In this document: positions 26,136 to 39,722 of the stretch, in pieces
Layout of the letters: every line of letters starts with the position of its first letter
How positions within the stretch are numbered: position 1 is the stretch's first letter
Source of the DNA: Octopus vulgaris
Taxonomy: Eukaryota
Assembly (NCBI GenBank): GCA_951406725.2
Contig: OX597819.1
Span: 33,542,001-33,606,000 of the forward strand
DNA length: 64,000 nt
Reading direction: 5' to 3'
Made by a program: the position numbers and the translations under genes
The notes under the pieces: model-generated
Databases searched by the model: none
What the model was told of the DNA's origin: nothing
The model's input: the letters and a program-made list of their open reading frames with translations, nothing else

Positions 26136-26232
26136 ATATATATATATATATATATATTTATTTATCAAAAGAAAAACAGGATGCAAAGGATTTAGCGGTA
26201 CATATGTTTCCGGCTCTATTGGACAGTTTATA

Positions 26233-26978
26233 TCAATGACACCATTATCTCTTAAATATATATATATATATATACAAAAAATTCAGGGTGAATATTTGAT
26301 AACTGTAAGCACCTGTATATGCCAGTTAGTGGTGTAGGTGATAGGGTATATTTATCAAAAGAAAAACAGGATGCAAAGGATTTAGCGGTACATATGTTTC
26401 CGGCTTTATTGGACAGTTTATATCAATGCATAATTGATGTAACATGTATGTCAATAGCCTTCTTCAGCCACGCACAATTACCACACCAAAGACATGTATT
26501 ACATTATAGCAGGTTTGAGAAGTTTTGGAAAAAGACAAGTTTCGTTGGGGATGCAAATCCTCATAGTCGTATACAGCAGAGCGAGACACCAAAACAAAAC
26601 GTCCATACCGTTTTTCACTCGATATGTCTTGCTCTGCTGTATACGACCATGAGGATTTGCATCTCCAATGAAACCCCTATTTTTCCCAAACTTCTCAAAC
26701 CTGCTATAATGTAATACATGTCTTTGGTGTGGTAATTGTGCGTGGCTGAAGAAGGCTATTGACATACATGTTACATCAATTATGCATTGATATAAACTGT
26801 CCAATAAAGCCAGAAACATATGTACCGCTAAATCCTTTGCATCCTGTTTTTCTTTTGATAAATATACCCTATCACCTACACCACTAACTAGCATATACAG
26901 GTGCTTACAGTTATCAAATATTCACCCTGAATTTTTTGTATATATATATATATATTTAAGAGATAATGGTGTCATTGA
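26233..26978. repeat. Near-perfect palindrome, ~355-bp arms, 36-nt loop
   Basis: 26233-26588 is the reverse complement of 26625-26978 with few mismatches. Confidence 0.95.
26385..26828. ncRNA. Two type-I hammerhead motifs with long stem II (minus 26385-26471, plus 26742-26828)
   Basis: GUGG-CUGAAGA-AGGCUAUUGACA...UGUCCAAUAAAGCC(G/A)-GAAA-CAUAUG-UA^CCGC. Stem III is palindromic (CAUAUG) and stem I is GUGG/CCGC. Confidence 0.72.
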
Positions 26979-28041
26979 GACCCAAAGGTGTCAGGTAATG
27001 CTGAACAAGTGGTGTAGACAATCTGGAACTTAACTATATATATATATATGTATATATATGTATATATAAATCAAAAACTGGAAGACTGCTGTCTTTAAGT
27101 TTTTGTCTACCAAATTCACTCACAAGGCTTTGGTCAACATTTGCCCAAGGTGATTGGGGAGTGTGTGTGCATGTGTGTGCGTGTGTGTGTGTGTGCACGC
27201 GTGTGTGTGTGTGTGTGTGTTCAATAATTACTAACTGCATAACCAAGGAAGTGATTAAACACACAAAACAATATGGTGACATTGCATGTGCTCAATAATC
27301 ACTAATTGTACAATGATTGATTAAACAGACATTAATTTAGTGTTATTCCTCTGACATTCACAGTCCTTCATTTGGACTATGAATGTCATTGAAATCTATA
27401 AACTATTGCTGTTCCATCTGCCCATTCTACAAGGTTAATGGTATTTTTCATACATTGATTATGGTCTTTAAGATTTCATTAATATATCTCTAATGAGTAG
27501 ATTGCCAACATATTTCAATAAATTTCCCAAATAAACAAGATTTTATAGGAGTTTCATAAAATATTTGTAATTATGCATTGGTTGTTGTTTAGCTCCAGGT
27601 CAGGCCTGATCAAGCACACCTGTGCTTAACGCTTTAGCATTCAGATTACTCTATCAGATGAAATGCTTATTTATTCACATTGTTTTGAATTAATCATGCA
27701 TTATCACAAGATAATGAATTAATCAATGCATTATCTTGTGATTCCAATGATGTGATTGCTTATTTTTTTAAAATTGACATTGTAGAGTAGGTGTGAGAAG
27801 CAAATTAAATAAAATTTGGGATATTTTGCAGAGGGTGAAAGTGGTAACAAGAACAGGACAGTGAGAACAAAACAGTAAAAACAAACGTTGAGGACTGTTA
27901 AGCCAAGACGATAGAAAATTTCTTCTGAACACTAGGAGGACAAGCTTATGAAGGAGACAGTATAAGGATGTTGTTGTCTTTACGACGGTAGTAGTCAGAT
28001 ATATCTGTAATATAATATATGACAATTATTCTATTGCCATA

Positions 28042-28189
28042 ATAAAACTCTGAGTTTCGGATGTCAGGGCAGAAACTTGCACTGGCATCTCTTCAGTTAT
28101 CGAGGCAATTAGAATATTTTAATTGCCTCAATAACTGAAGAGATGCCAGTGCAGATTTCCACCCCGACATCTGAAACTCGGAGTTTTAT
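28042..28189. ncRNA. Two type-I hammerhead motifs (minus 28042-28100, plus 28131-28189)
   Basis: AUAA-CUGAAGA-GAUG...CAUC(C/U)-GAAA-CUC(A/G)GAG-UU^UUAU. Confidence 0.72.
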
Positions 28190-28293
28190 TATGGCAACCA
28201 AATAATTGTCACATATTATATTACAGATAAATTCCTCTATTTACATAATATCGAAATCGCTTTCCTTCTTTAGTTGTCTTACCACCATTACTA

Positions 28294-28328
<35 letters not shown>

Positions 28329-29460
28329 GTTTCTTCAAGTTTCTGTCAACCAAACCCACTCACAAGGCTTTTGTTGGCCCAAGACTATGGCAGAAGACAC
28401 TTGGCAAAGGAGCCACACAGTGGGACTAAACTTTGAACCATATGGTTGGGAAGCATGATTCTTACCATACAGCCATACCTGTACCTATAAAAAGAAGTCA
28501 AACAAAACATGATAATTTGCCTTATGTCATAATACAATATTATGTAGAACACAAAATTGTGATTTGATGTGTAAGTTGGATAATGATCCTGTGTTATTCA
28601 TTTCAACTCCAACTGTCTGTCTGAAGCATGGAAAAAGTATAGAATATGCTTGAAGGTCACTGTTTGCGAACAGGACGGCATGAAATCCTGAGTGCCGTCA
28701 AGTTGCTTTTGAGCATTTAAGTCTATAAATATGCCATAGAAAATATAGGTTGTAATGACACGCAAATCACAGAAATTTCACAAGAATGCATGCAGTGGTG
28801 ATAGTGGTGGTGGTGGTTGGGGTGGTGGTAGTGGGGCCTCTGGTGATGCTTTGACATGTTAACACTCAATATTCAACTATCGGTCAATAAGAGAATACCT
28901 TACATTGAGCTATGGCAAAAATGACTGAAATGTCATAGTGTTTGTATACTGCTGGGAACCAAAATTCTGTTATGCTTGCATGAGGGTCGTTATTAAAAGA
29001 ATTAATTCAAAAGATATGAAATGTGACAGTTACTTGTACACCTACTTTGAGCAGAAATTCAAAAGCAACAGTCTTGGCGCCTGTGATTCCTGGCATACAA
29101 GTCAACATTGAGTATAGTGTGAACATGTAGTGTAAATATTCAAACATTGATTCTATCTTTCCAAATACTGCTGCATTTCTTATGGAATTTTTGGTCTTCC
29201 AAAGCTGTTTTGGGGTATATGTTGACCTATATATTTTTGGCTGTAAATTGTGGTCAGAAAAATATAATATTTTTTGTCACCTATTTCCTAGTTCTAATAC
29301 AAGTTCTGGTAGTATTTTAGCTGTATATCTCAGAAATTCTAGAATCTGAAAGGAAATGCTTAATTACTAAAGATCTCTATTTTCATTAAACAAATTATTT
29401 ACTTAATTAGTTCTTTACGGGAACTAATTACAATCATTAACAAATTAATGAGTACATTTA

Positions 29461-29811
<351 letters not shown>

Positions 29812-30311
29812 TTACATTTTTTCAGTCATTTGACTGTGGCCATGCTGGAGCACCGCCTTTAGTCGAGCAAATCAACCCCAGGACTTATTCTTTGTAAGCC
29901 TAGTACTTATTCTATCGGTTTCTTTTGCCAAACAGCTAAGTCACGGGGACGTAGACACACCAGCATCGGTTGTCAAGCGATGTTGGGGGGACAAACACAG
30001 ACGCACAAACACATACACACACATACATATATATATATACATATATACGATGGGCTTCTTTCAGTTTCCGTCTACCAAATCCACTCACAAGGCTTTGGTC
30101 GGCCCGAGGCTGTAGTAGAAAACACTTGCCCAAGGTGCCACACAGTGGAACTGAACCCGGAACCATATGGTTCGTAAGCAAGCTACTTACCACACAGCAA
30201 CTGTAGTAAGAACATTCACAGGCAGAGTCCAAAACAGAAAGTGGGCAGAATTACCTATGACCAATCAATCAGTCAATTGATAAAATTGATGAGTGGGGTG
30301 GGGAGGTATAT

Positions 30312-30690
30312 TGATAGATAGATAGATAGACATACAGATGGATGGACGGACAAATGGACAGACGGACAGACAGATAGTCTATTTAGATAGATAGACAGAC
30401 AGATGGATGGATGGACGGACGGACAGATGGACAGACAGACAGACAGATAGTCTATTTAGATAGATAGACAGACAGATGGACGGACGGACGGACGGACGGA
30501 CGGACGGACAGATGGACAGACAGACAGACAGAAAGTCTATTTAGATAGATAGACAGACAGATGGATGGACGGACGGACGGACGGACGGACAGATGGACAG
30601 ACAGACAGACAGATAGTCTATTTAGATAGATAGACAGACAGATGGACGGACGGACGGACAGACAGATGGACAGACAGACAGATAGATAGA
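30312..30690. repeat. Compound (GATA/GACA/GGAC)n satellite with ~75-bp higher-order unit
   Basis: Repeated anchor agtctatttagatagatagacag. Confidence 0.9.
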
Positions 30691-31436
30691 TAATTGGATA
30701 AAGTGATGGAAACGGTCAGATTATGTAATAAAACATCTCAGCTTAAACTTATTAACAATGTGACAGGAACAGTGATCTCTACATTGCTCTCCAATCAGGG
30801 ATAAAATGCAAAAAAATTCTGTTTCTATGAGATTCTTTTTCTAGGAAATCATATACTGTAATGAATGGCAGTGACCTCTTTGTCATGGTTGGTGATTTAC
30901 TGGGGTAGCACGATGATTGCTACTCTAATGTACATGGAGACTAAAGATATAGAGCAAGGAATCAAGGAATCAAGAGGCTTGAAGTTCTGTGACACAAATA
31001 ACCTGACTTTTTGTAAAATGAACTTTGATAACATAACCAACCACTTGGTCATCTACCAGAAACACAAGCCAGGTGGATTTTGCATGCAACAAGACTAGGA
31101 TAGCTGACTAGTTGTGAATACAAAATCCTTTGTTGGTGAAGAAAGTACAGCTTAACAAAGACTAAGGATCTGTGACTTCAGGATTAAAGCTTGAAGGACA
31201 TAGAGACAAAAGGGTGTCTAGGACTTTTTTAGTCAATGTGTTTGTCTTTGTTTGAGACAGTAAGGTGTGATTTCAGAGATAGTTGGTTGCTACTTCTAAC
31301 ATATCAAATGACCACCAAGACAGTCTCTCATTGGCAGATATCTATATTTATGTGTTGTTGTTAAACAACTGTTATACAAACCATTATGTTACCGCTGACC
31401 AAATTGTGTGTGCATGTGTGTGTGTGTGTGTGTGTG

Positions 31437-31496
<60 letters not shown>

Positions 31497-31751
31497 CATA
31501 TATGGGTGTTTGTACATACACCAAATGTCAGACAGAAAGACCTACTGTATGAGAAGCTGGCCTCTGGCAAGAAAACGCAAAAGATGGCTCCATACACATT
31601 TCAAAGATGTCTACAAGAGAGACAGGAACTCTTTCTGCATAAACATTGAAAGATAGGAGTATATTGTTAACAAGCATTTTATCTTCTACTAAAAGTAATG
31701 GAACTTTAGCAATTATTTTCACAATGTCACTATGTTTGCATGATGTGTGTT

Positions 31752-32401
31752 TTAACCCTTTAGCACAGTGGTTTTCAACCAGGGTTCCGCCAGTACAGTC
31801 CATGGGTTCCGCAAGAAGTTACAAAAATGCTAAAAACGACAGTAATTTTTAATTCTCCTGTGCAGATATGTGCAAATAAGACAATTAAATTATTGCACAG
31901 GGGTTCCTCGAGCCAGTGGAATGTTTCCTTGGGGTTCTGCTCCAGTAAAAAGGTTGAAAAGCTCTGCTTTAGCATTTAACCCTTTCATTACCAATCCAGC
32001 TGAAACCAGCTTTGGCTCTGAGTGCAAATGTCTTGTTCTCATAAGTTTTGAATTAAAATCTTCCACCAAACCTTAGTCACAATTTATGTTCCTAACACTA
32101 GCTGAATGATAACTAAGTTATTTTACTGAATTCTTTGTTATATTTAAAGTAATTGAAAGAAACAGAGAGCATCTCAAAATAAATACAGTAATGAAACGGT
32201 TAGACAGCCATATCTGGCTCAAAATATTCCACCTATTTTCTCTTCAAAGTGGTCAGAACTGGCCTTCTGCACCTACCCTGCAGTGTCATTTTACAAATAA
32301 GCAATCACATCAATGGAATTTCAATGCTCTGAAATAATGCATGATTGATTTTAAATGATGTGAATACATTTGACAGAAGCATCTGAATACTAAAGGGTTA
32401 A
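31752..32401. mobile_element. TTAA-flanked (piggyBac-like) MITE containing two nested MITEs
   Basis: Ends ttaa-ccctttagca ... tactaaaggg-ttaa. Inner element 31977-32202 reads ttaaccctttcattac...gtaatgaaacggtta. Confidence 0.6.
31766..31966. mobile_element. hAT-type MITE
   Basis: TIRs cagtggttttcaacc / ggttgaaaagctctg and 8-bp TSD ctttagca. Confidence 0.8.
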
Positions 32402-32829
32402 ATTTATAAAAGATCTAGTATTTTCCTTTATTTAAATTTATAAAAGATCTAGTATTTATACTGGATCTTATATTTTCCTTATCTTTTATTGTTGTAACAG
32501 TTTGTTTTGTTTATATTAAACTGTTTTGCAGTTTTTGTTGAATCTTTTCAGTTCCAGAGAAAGTGACATTTTTGACGTTTGAAACTGGCAGAATCGTTAG
32601 CATGCTGGGGAAAATGCTAAATAGCATTTTGTCTGTCTGTACATTCTGAGTTCAAATTCCACAGAGGTCAACTTTGCCTTTCATCTTTTGAGATTGATAA
32701 ACTAAGTACCAGTTGAGCACTAAGGTTTTGATGTAATTGATCTTCCCCCTCCCTCAAAATTGCTGGCCTTGTGCCAAAATTTGAAACCAATATATGTAGA
32801 TAATCACGACTCAAATATCTTATTTATCA

Positions 32830-33600
32830 CATAGTTTCAACACAACTTCAATTGATGACCGGTCAAGGATCTAAAACAGTTTAAATAATAAATATGAAGA
32901 GCCTTCAATGTTAAGTAGCACTACAAAAAGTTTGTTATGATTTTGATTTTGCAGTTGTTTTTGAACATGGTCCATTCAATAAAGATCTTATTCCAAAATT
33001 AAATCAAAATCAAGGAATTTAAAGCTAAAATTTGATTCAGAACCTGCCTTGTCCCCTCTTTATTAACAGTTTCATTCTCATAATCAACCATTCTTTGCAA
33101 AAATTTCACTATCATATTAGAGCTTTCATGAACTAGCCTCACAGACTCTGTCCAGGATATCCATTGACGTCTGATATGGCATCTTTTCCTTTTTGCCAAC
33201 AGAGTGTTCAGCAGAAAAAGAATGAATAAAGTAACAGAATTGCTCCAAAAGAAATTTGCCATCAATATATTATGGTTACCAGCATGCAATCCAATCAAAT
33301 AGAGAGAAAGATTATTGCTATTTGCAAAAATAACTTAGTTTTTTTTCATTAATCCTCTGTTGAACACTATTTTTATAAACAAGTGTATCTGCAGTGTTGT
33401 CATAGCAGAATGATCGACAGTTTTATAATGGTATTTCGTTTTTCACAAGTTGATCCAAAATTACTTCTATCATTTTTGTCAGCAGCTTTTCATTTTACTT
33501 GGTCAAATCCAAGAAAAGATTTCCGTTAAAAAAAAGATGTCTTCTTAAGATCAATATCAATATAACGATCTTCTGTAACATTATGGCAGCATGGTCCAAA
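32830..33600 (-). pseudogene. Highly decayed hAT (ZMYM1-like) transposase fragment
   Basis: Frameshifted pieces RYIDIDL..SFLGF, CRSFCYDNT, NSVQQRINEK and LIGLHA resemble hAT catalytic-domain motifs. Confidence 0.5.
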
Positions 33601-33885
33601 TTTTAGCTTTTCCAGTTCTATTTCGGATATATTAACAATACCAATATGGCAGGTTGTAATCTGACACAGGAAATGAAGCAGCATGCCAACCACAGTGACC
33701 TGGAGATCATCAATTTCTTGAACATGACTGGGACATTCATGCTCATGTTCATGCCCAAGAAAGAGCTGAGGCCTGTGATAGGGTTGCATCATGCATGGAA
33801 AGAAGAAGAAAAACATTCTCAATAGCTAGATGTTGTCAGGATAGCTGGGATGATCTCATAGTTCTAGGATGTCATCAAGAGGCAA

Positions 33886-34300
33886 GTCAATGAATGCCCC
33901 AGTGAGTCAACAAACACCCCAGTAAGTCAATGAACACCCTAATAAGTCAATGAACACCCTGGTGAGTCAATGAATGCCCCAGTGAGTCAACAAACACCCC
34001 AGTAAGTCAATGAACACCCTAATAAGTCAATGAACACCCTGGTGAGTCAATGAATGCCCCAGTGAGTCAACAAACACCCCAGTAAGTCAATGAACACCCT
34101 AATGAGTCAATGAACACTCTGGTGAGTCAATGAATGCCCCAGTGAGTCAACAAACACCCCAGTAAGTCAATGAACACCCTAATGAGTCAATGAGCACTCT
34201 GGTGAGTCAATGAATGCCCCAGTGAGTCAATGAATGCCCCCAATGAGTCAATGAGTACCACAGTGAGTCAATGAACATGCCAGTGAGTCAATGAATGCCA
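33886..34300. repeat. 20-bp minisatellite (gagtcaatgaatgccccagt) with 80-bp higher-order period
   Basis: About 20 visible units, with four variants cycling. Confidence 0.9.
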
Positions 34301-35268
34301 TGATCAAACAGCTCAAAGTGGTGAAGTGAACAAAGTGACACACAGAGATATGAAGTACAAATCTTATGTAATGAGGAAAGAGCAGTTTATCTCAAGCAAG
34401 ACACAAAAGAAACATGTAACTATTTGATCCTTTCCCACCAACACTATGTGACCTTCTATGTTTTCCTGAATTGAACCTCTGAGTTGTTGCATCTATATAA
34501 TAGTTGGTGTGTGGGGTTGGAAGAAAACTGCCCGGTAGCTTTCATGGCTTCATCAAATTACTGAGAGATGTTGTCTTGACCGTAGAGAGTGGCATAGACA
34601 GAGGTCATCTGATAGTTGCATGCTATCACTTCTGTGGCTGTATCAGGCCACCACTGGAACAAAGAAGACCTTTGTTGAATGTCCTGCTTCTTTAATCTAT
34701 TTACTTGAATGTATGAGCTGTTTTATGGTAGTATGTTGTTATTGGTGAAGATCTGTTGCCTAGTGGTTAGGCTGTTGTACTCTTGAAAGCTGGATCAGTT
34801 CCCAGCACAGGGGTTGGGGCTTCTTGAGCAAAACACTTCATTTCATGTTGCTCCAGTCCACTTTTCAATCAGCAGGAAATGTTGGCCTACTTACCTAGCC
34901 AGTGGGGTAGCATCATTTGACGGCTAAAATAGTATAAAGCGCATTGTGACCAGCGATGTGAAACGACATCTGATAGTCTGGTTAGTCACATGATCATGTG
35001 ATCACATGACATTATTATTGTTTCTGTTTGGTATTTTGTTTTTCCTTGTTTTGTTTTAGTCTCAGTTGCTTGGCCCACCTACATCTCTCTGCTTGTTTGT
35101 CTGTCTGTCTGTCTATCTGTATGTATGTATGTATGTATGTATGTATGTATGTATGTATGTATGTATGTATGTATGTATATATGTATGTATGTATGTATGT
35201 ACGTATTATGTATGTATGTATATATGTATGTATGTATTATGTATGTATGTATGTATGTATGTATGTGT

Positions 35269-35306
<38 letters not shown>

Positions 35307-36284
35307 GCTATGTAACCAAATCTCCTATACAGATGGGTGTTCCCATAGCTTAATAACTAAAATAAGAACAGAGTAGAGTTAGTTTAGGCAACTATTCACG
35401 TCTATTAAAAGATTCTCTCTTTAAATGAAGGGCAGACTGGATGATGCTGATGTGGAGGGCAATGCTTTGTATGGATATGAAAAAAGATCATTAAATGCAG
35501 AAAAATGTGTGAAGGCTGGAAGTAAACAAGGTGAGCATACTCTACTGGATGTGTAATGTTATTGCGTATGGATGATGGAGCACAAATGAATTGAGGAATA
35601 AAAAAAAACTGAGTATAAAACCGGTTTGGCAATGTATGTAGATGGAGTCCTCTTTGTAGTCTTCAGAGTTCAAAAACAGACAAGTCCATGGTTTCTTGAT
35701 GAACAACCTGCATTAATGATCTGTTTATGGTGATCAAATGTTTATATTCTACATGAGCTTACTCCCCTCTATCTAATTGACATTGCACCTGTGCAACATG
35801 GATGCAAAGTGTGATACAAGTTAAATGCTGAAGTAATCACAAAGCAATGTGAGATGAAGTGTTTTGCTCAAGAACACAATGCACTGCCCTCTTCAGGAAT
35901 TGAAACCACACAATCTTGTGTTCCTGAGTGTAATACTCCCAAGTACCACTAGGCCATGCACCTATGGAGTTAACAATTGAGCAAAGACATTCCAAATGGT
36001 AGGACTCTGCCAACCAGGAAGAGATGGTAAAGGTTGTTCTCAAGAGGTTAAATTTCATGGAGGACATGACAAAAACTGTAACAAATGGTAAGATGTTGAG
36101 CAAGATGAGACCCATCCAATCAGTGTAAGCAAGGAAAACTGACTTAAAAGGATGATGGTGAGTGGATACAGAAATAGTTAGATAGATTAACAGATAGATG
36201 GACACACACACGGTGGCTGTCAACTCATAGATGAAAATGAGCATCACTGACAAATTTTTGCCAGTGCTGAAATTCAAAATCAGT

Positions 36285-36674
36285 GGATGGAAGGAGGCGC
36301 AATGGCCCAGTGGTTAGGGCAGCGGACTCGCGGTCGTAGGATCGCGGTTTCGATTCCCAGACCGGGCGTTGTGAGTGTTTATTGAGCGAAAACACCTAAA
36401 GCTCCACGATGCTCCGGCAGGGAATGGTGGTGATCCCTGCTGTACTCTTTCACCACAACTTTCTCTCACTCTTACTTCCTGTTTCTGTTGTACCTGTATT
36501 TCAAAGGGCCGGCCTTGTCACTCTCTGTGTCACGCTGAATAACCCCAAGAACTATGTTAAGGGTACACGTGTCTGTGGAGTGCTCAGCCACTTACACGTT
36601 AATTTCACGAGCAGGCTGTTCCGTTGATTCGGATCAACCAGAACCCTCGTCGTCATAACCAACGGAGTGCTTCC
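36285..36674 (+). mobile_element. tRNA-derived SINE family 3 (representative copy)
   Basis: tRNA-like head ggcgcaatggcccagtggttagggcagcggactcgcgg..ggtttcgattccc. Relatives at 24040-24338(-), 59936-60245(+), and older copies at ~1490-1770, 18450-18730(-), 34760-35000, 47160-47445(-), 50400-50725(-), 58295-58560. Confidence 0.85.
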
Positions 36675-38732
36675 AATACTCCCAAGTACCACTAGGCCAT
36701 GCACCTATGGAGTTAACAATTGAGTAAAGATATTCCAAACGGTAGGACTCTGCCAACCAGGAAGAGATGGTAAAGGTTGATCTCAAGAGGTTAAATTTCA
36801 TGGAGGACATGACAAAAACTGTAACAAATGGTAAGATGTTGAGCAAGATGAGACCCATCCAATCTGTGTAAGCAAGGAAAACTGACTTAAAAATGATGAC
36901 GGTGAGTGGATACAGAAATAGTTAGATAGATGGACACACACACGGTGGCTGTCAACTCATAGATGAAAATGAGCATCACTGACAAATTTTTGCCAGTGCT
37001 GAAATTCAAAATCAGTAACGGTTTGCACAACGCCACTAAAATGCTCACCTACAGAGCCAAGTAGTCCAGAGACATGCAAAAGCAAGATATTTGGCTTTGT
37101 AATGAGGCAGGTGTTATTTTGGAATTTCCTTCAGAGTCTCTCACTCCTAGCTGTAGGATGGCTGTTGATTCTACTGAGTTCATCCTTCCTTTGACTGGTT
37201 TTACTTTTCATCCCACAGGGTGTCCAATAAAAACCCACCCTCCTTACCCAGCAAGGGCATGATGGGGTTGCTAGTTTAGTTGCTGCTGATAGCCCTACTA
37301 TGTACCAGGTTGTACTGGGTTACATGTCACCAGCAGCACTAAGAGTGACCTGGCCATGGAGTGATCTAACATATAGACAGATATACATGCATGCATTGAT
37401 ATACAGTAAAGAAGAAATAGAGTGGAAGGAGTGAGAGAAAAACGACAGAAGTAAGAAAGAGAGATAGACCAACAAGCAGGTATAGAAAATATAAGGAGAA
37501 AATGCTAGGATAAGAAGGTAAGAATAATTAGCTGATAAAACAGTGGTTTACTGGCAGAACTTGTGGAAATTCCATGGTTATTTTGAAATTTGTAAGATGG
37601 TTAAAAGTTTATAGAGAATCATGAAATATATATGCTAGGGAGACAAACACAGACACACAAACACACACACGCATATATATATACATATATATGACGGGCT
37701 TCTTTCAGTTTCTGTCTACCAAATTCACTCACAAGGCTTTGGTCGGCCCGAGGCTATAGCAGAAGACACTTGCCCAAGGTGCCATGCAGTGGGACTGAAC
37801 CTGGAACCATGTGGTTGGTAAACAAGCTACTTACCACACAGCCACTCAGCATTGCTTGACAACCGATGCTGGTGTGTTTATGTACCCGTCACTTAGCGGT
37901 TCGGCAAAAGAGACCGATAGAATAAGTACTGGGCTTACAAAAGAATAAGTCCCGGGGTTAAAAAAGGCGGTGCTCCAGCATGGCCGGAGTCAAATGACTG
38001 AAACAAGTAAAAGAGTTAAAAGAGTATATAAATTTCTTTTGAAAATGAATTTTGTTTGAAACATTTGATACTTTTGATAGTGTAGAAGTCCCTATTGGTA
38101 GTACTGAGTGTGCTGTGTTTGGTGACAACATCTCTGGAAGTTATAGCCCTTGTTACACAAGTATCATGTCTCCTATCTTGAGAGTTGGTATCTATTATTT
38201 TTCACTTTACACCGAGAAATAAACAATCCTTACTAGACGACAAAATAGAAGATATAATCAATAGTCTCTCTATAATATCATTTTGTTGCTGTACGACTAA
38301 GACTTGGCAGATTTTAATATGTTGTATTACATCCTTGTATTCATATTAGAGAAAAGTTCATAAAGATTCACTTGAAAATATGGCTCTGTTGAATAAAAGT
38401 ACAGCTGTCCCACAGAGATATGTGGATTCTCAAAAAACCATTAGTTATATAGGCAAAAGTATGGTTTCACTTTGAAATCATGTGATTCCTGATTTGATTC
38501 CACTGCATAGCAACTTGGGTAAAATGTCTTCTACCATAACCTCAAGCTGATTAATGTTGGAGTGAAATTATATAGGCAGCAACAATATAGAAGCCAAATG
38601 TGTGCTCATGCATGTGTATGTGTGCATGTATGTATGTATGTATGTATGTATGTATGTATGTATGTATGTATGTATGTGTGTATGTATGTATGTATGTATG
38701 TATGTATGTATGTATGTATGTATGTATGTATG

Positions 38733-38763
<31 letters not shown>

Positions 38764-39375
38764 GAAAACAGGAAAGTGGAAATTTTGGGGTGCTTTGTTA
38801 TACTATCATCATCATCATCATCGTTTAACGTCTGTTCTCCATGCTAGCATGGGTTGGACGGTTCGATCGGGGATCTGGGAAGCCAGAAGGCTGCACCAGG
38901 CTCCAGTCTGATCTGGCAGTGTTTCTACAGCTGGATGCCCTTCCTAATGCCAACCACTCCGTGAGTGTAGTGGGTGCTTTTTATGTGCCACTATAACTCT
39001 GCAAATATTATTTCCATAATTCTCAATTTTAATATGTACTTTGACTAACATACAACAGAAACTATGGATACATATTGATGGTAATAATGGAATAAGCAAG
39101 GTAGCAAGCTGGCAAAAACGTTAGAACACTGGGCGAAATGCTTAGTGGTATTTCGTCTGTGTTTACGTTCTGAGTTCAAATTCCACCAAGGTCGACTTTG
39201 TCTTTTATTCTTTTCAGGGTCGATGAATTAAGTACCAGTTGTGTATGAGGTCGATCTAATCGACTGGCTCCCTCCCCACAAATTTCGGGGCTTATGCCTA
39301 GAGTAGAAAAGAATAAAGGAACAAGCAGATGTGCTTCAAGAAGAAACAGCCGGGATTTATCCTAACTGTCTATAT

Positions 39376-39415
<40 letters not shown>

Positions 39416-39722
39416 ATCTCAAGAGCAAGCATTGCAAGCTCTGCATAGCTGAATGGACAAGAATATTAAAGAACTCCCTTGATATGGGGAACATCTAAAT
39501 TTCAGGACAGAAATCTTTGGACCCTGCTTTGAAGTCCTGGAACCCGCAAGCTGACCAGGTCGATTACATATAGCAGTCTATGGGAGACAATCACTCATGC
39601 TCAGCCCTTCTCCTTTCTCTGTGTATTCAACAACCAGCCATGAGGTCTTAACTACTTTGAAGAGAGGTTAAAGGCCACCGGCTGTTAGGGTCTGAAGAGA
39701 TGCTGTATAGCTAAGCACTTTA

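Noticed and set aside
26319-26894. Two near-identical 131-aa ORFs on opposite strands
   Set aside because: They are a by-product of the palindrome and show no convincing protein motif.
33886-34300. Regularly spaced repeats suggesting a CRISPR array
   Set aside because: The units are contiguous with no unique spacers, the context is eukaryotic and there are no cas genes; it is a minisatellite.
36293-36365. tRNA-like sequence
   Set aside because: It is the head of a multi-copy SINE; there is no closed acceptor stem and it continues into the SINE body.
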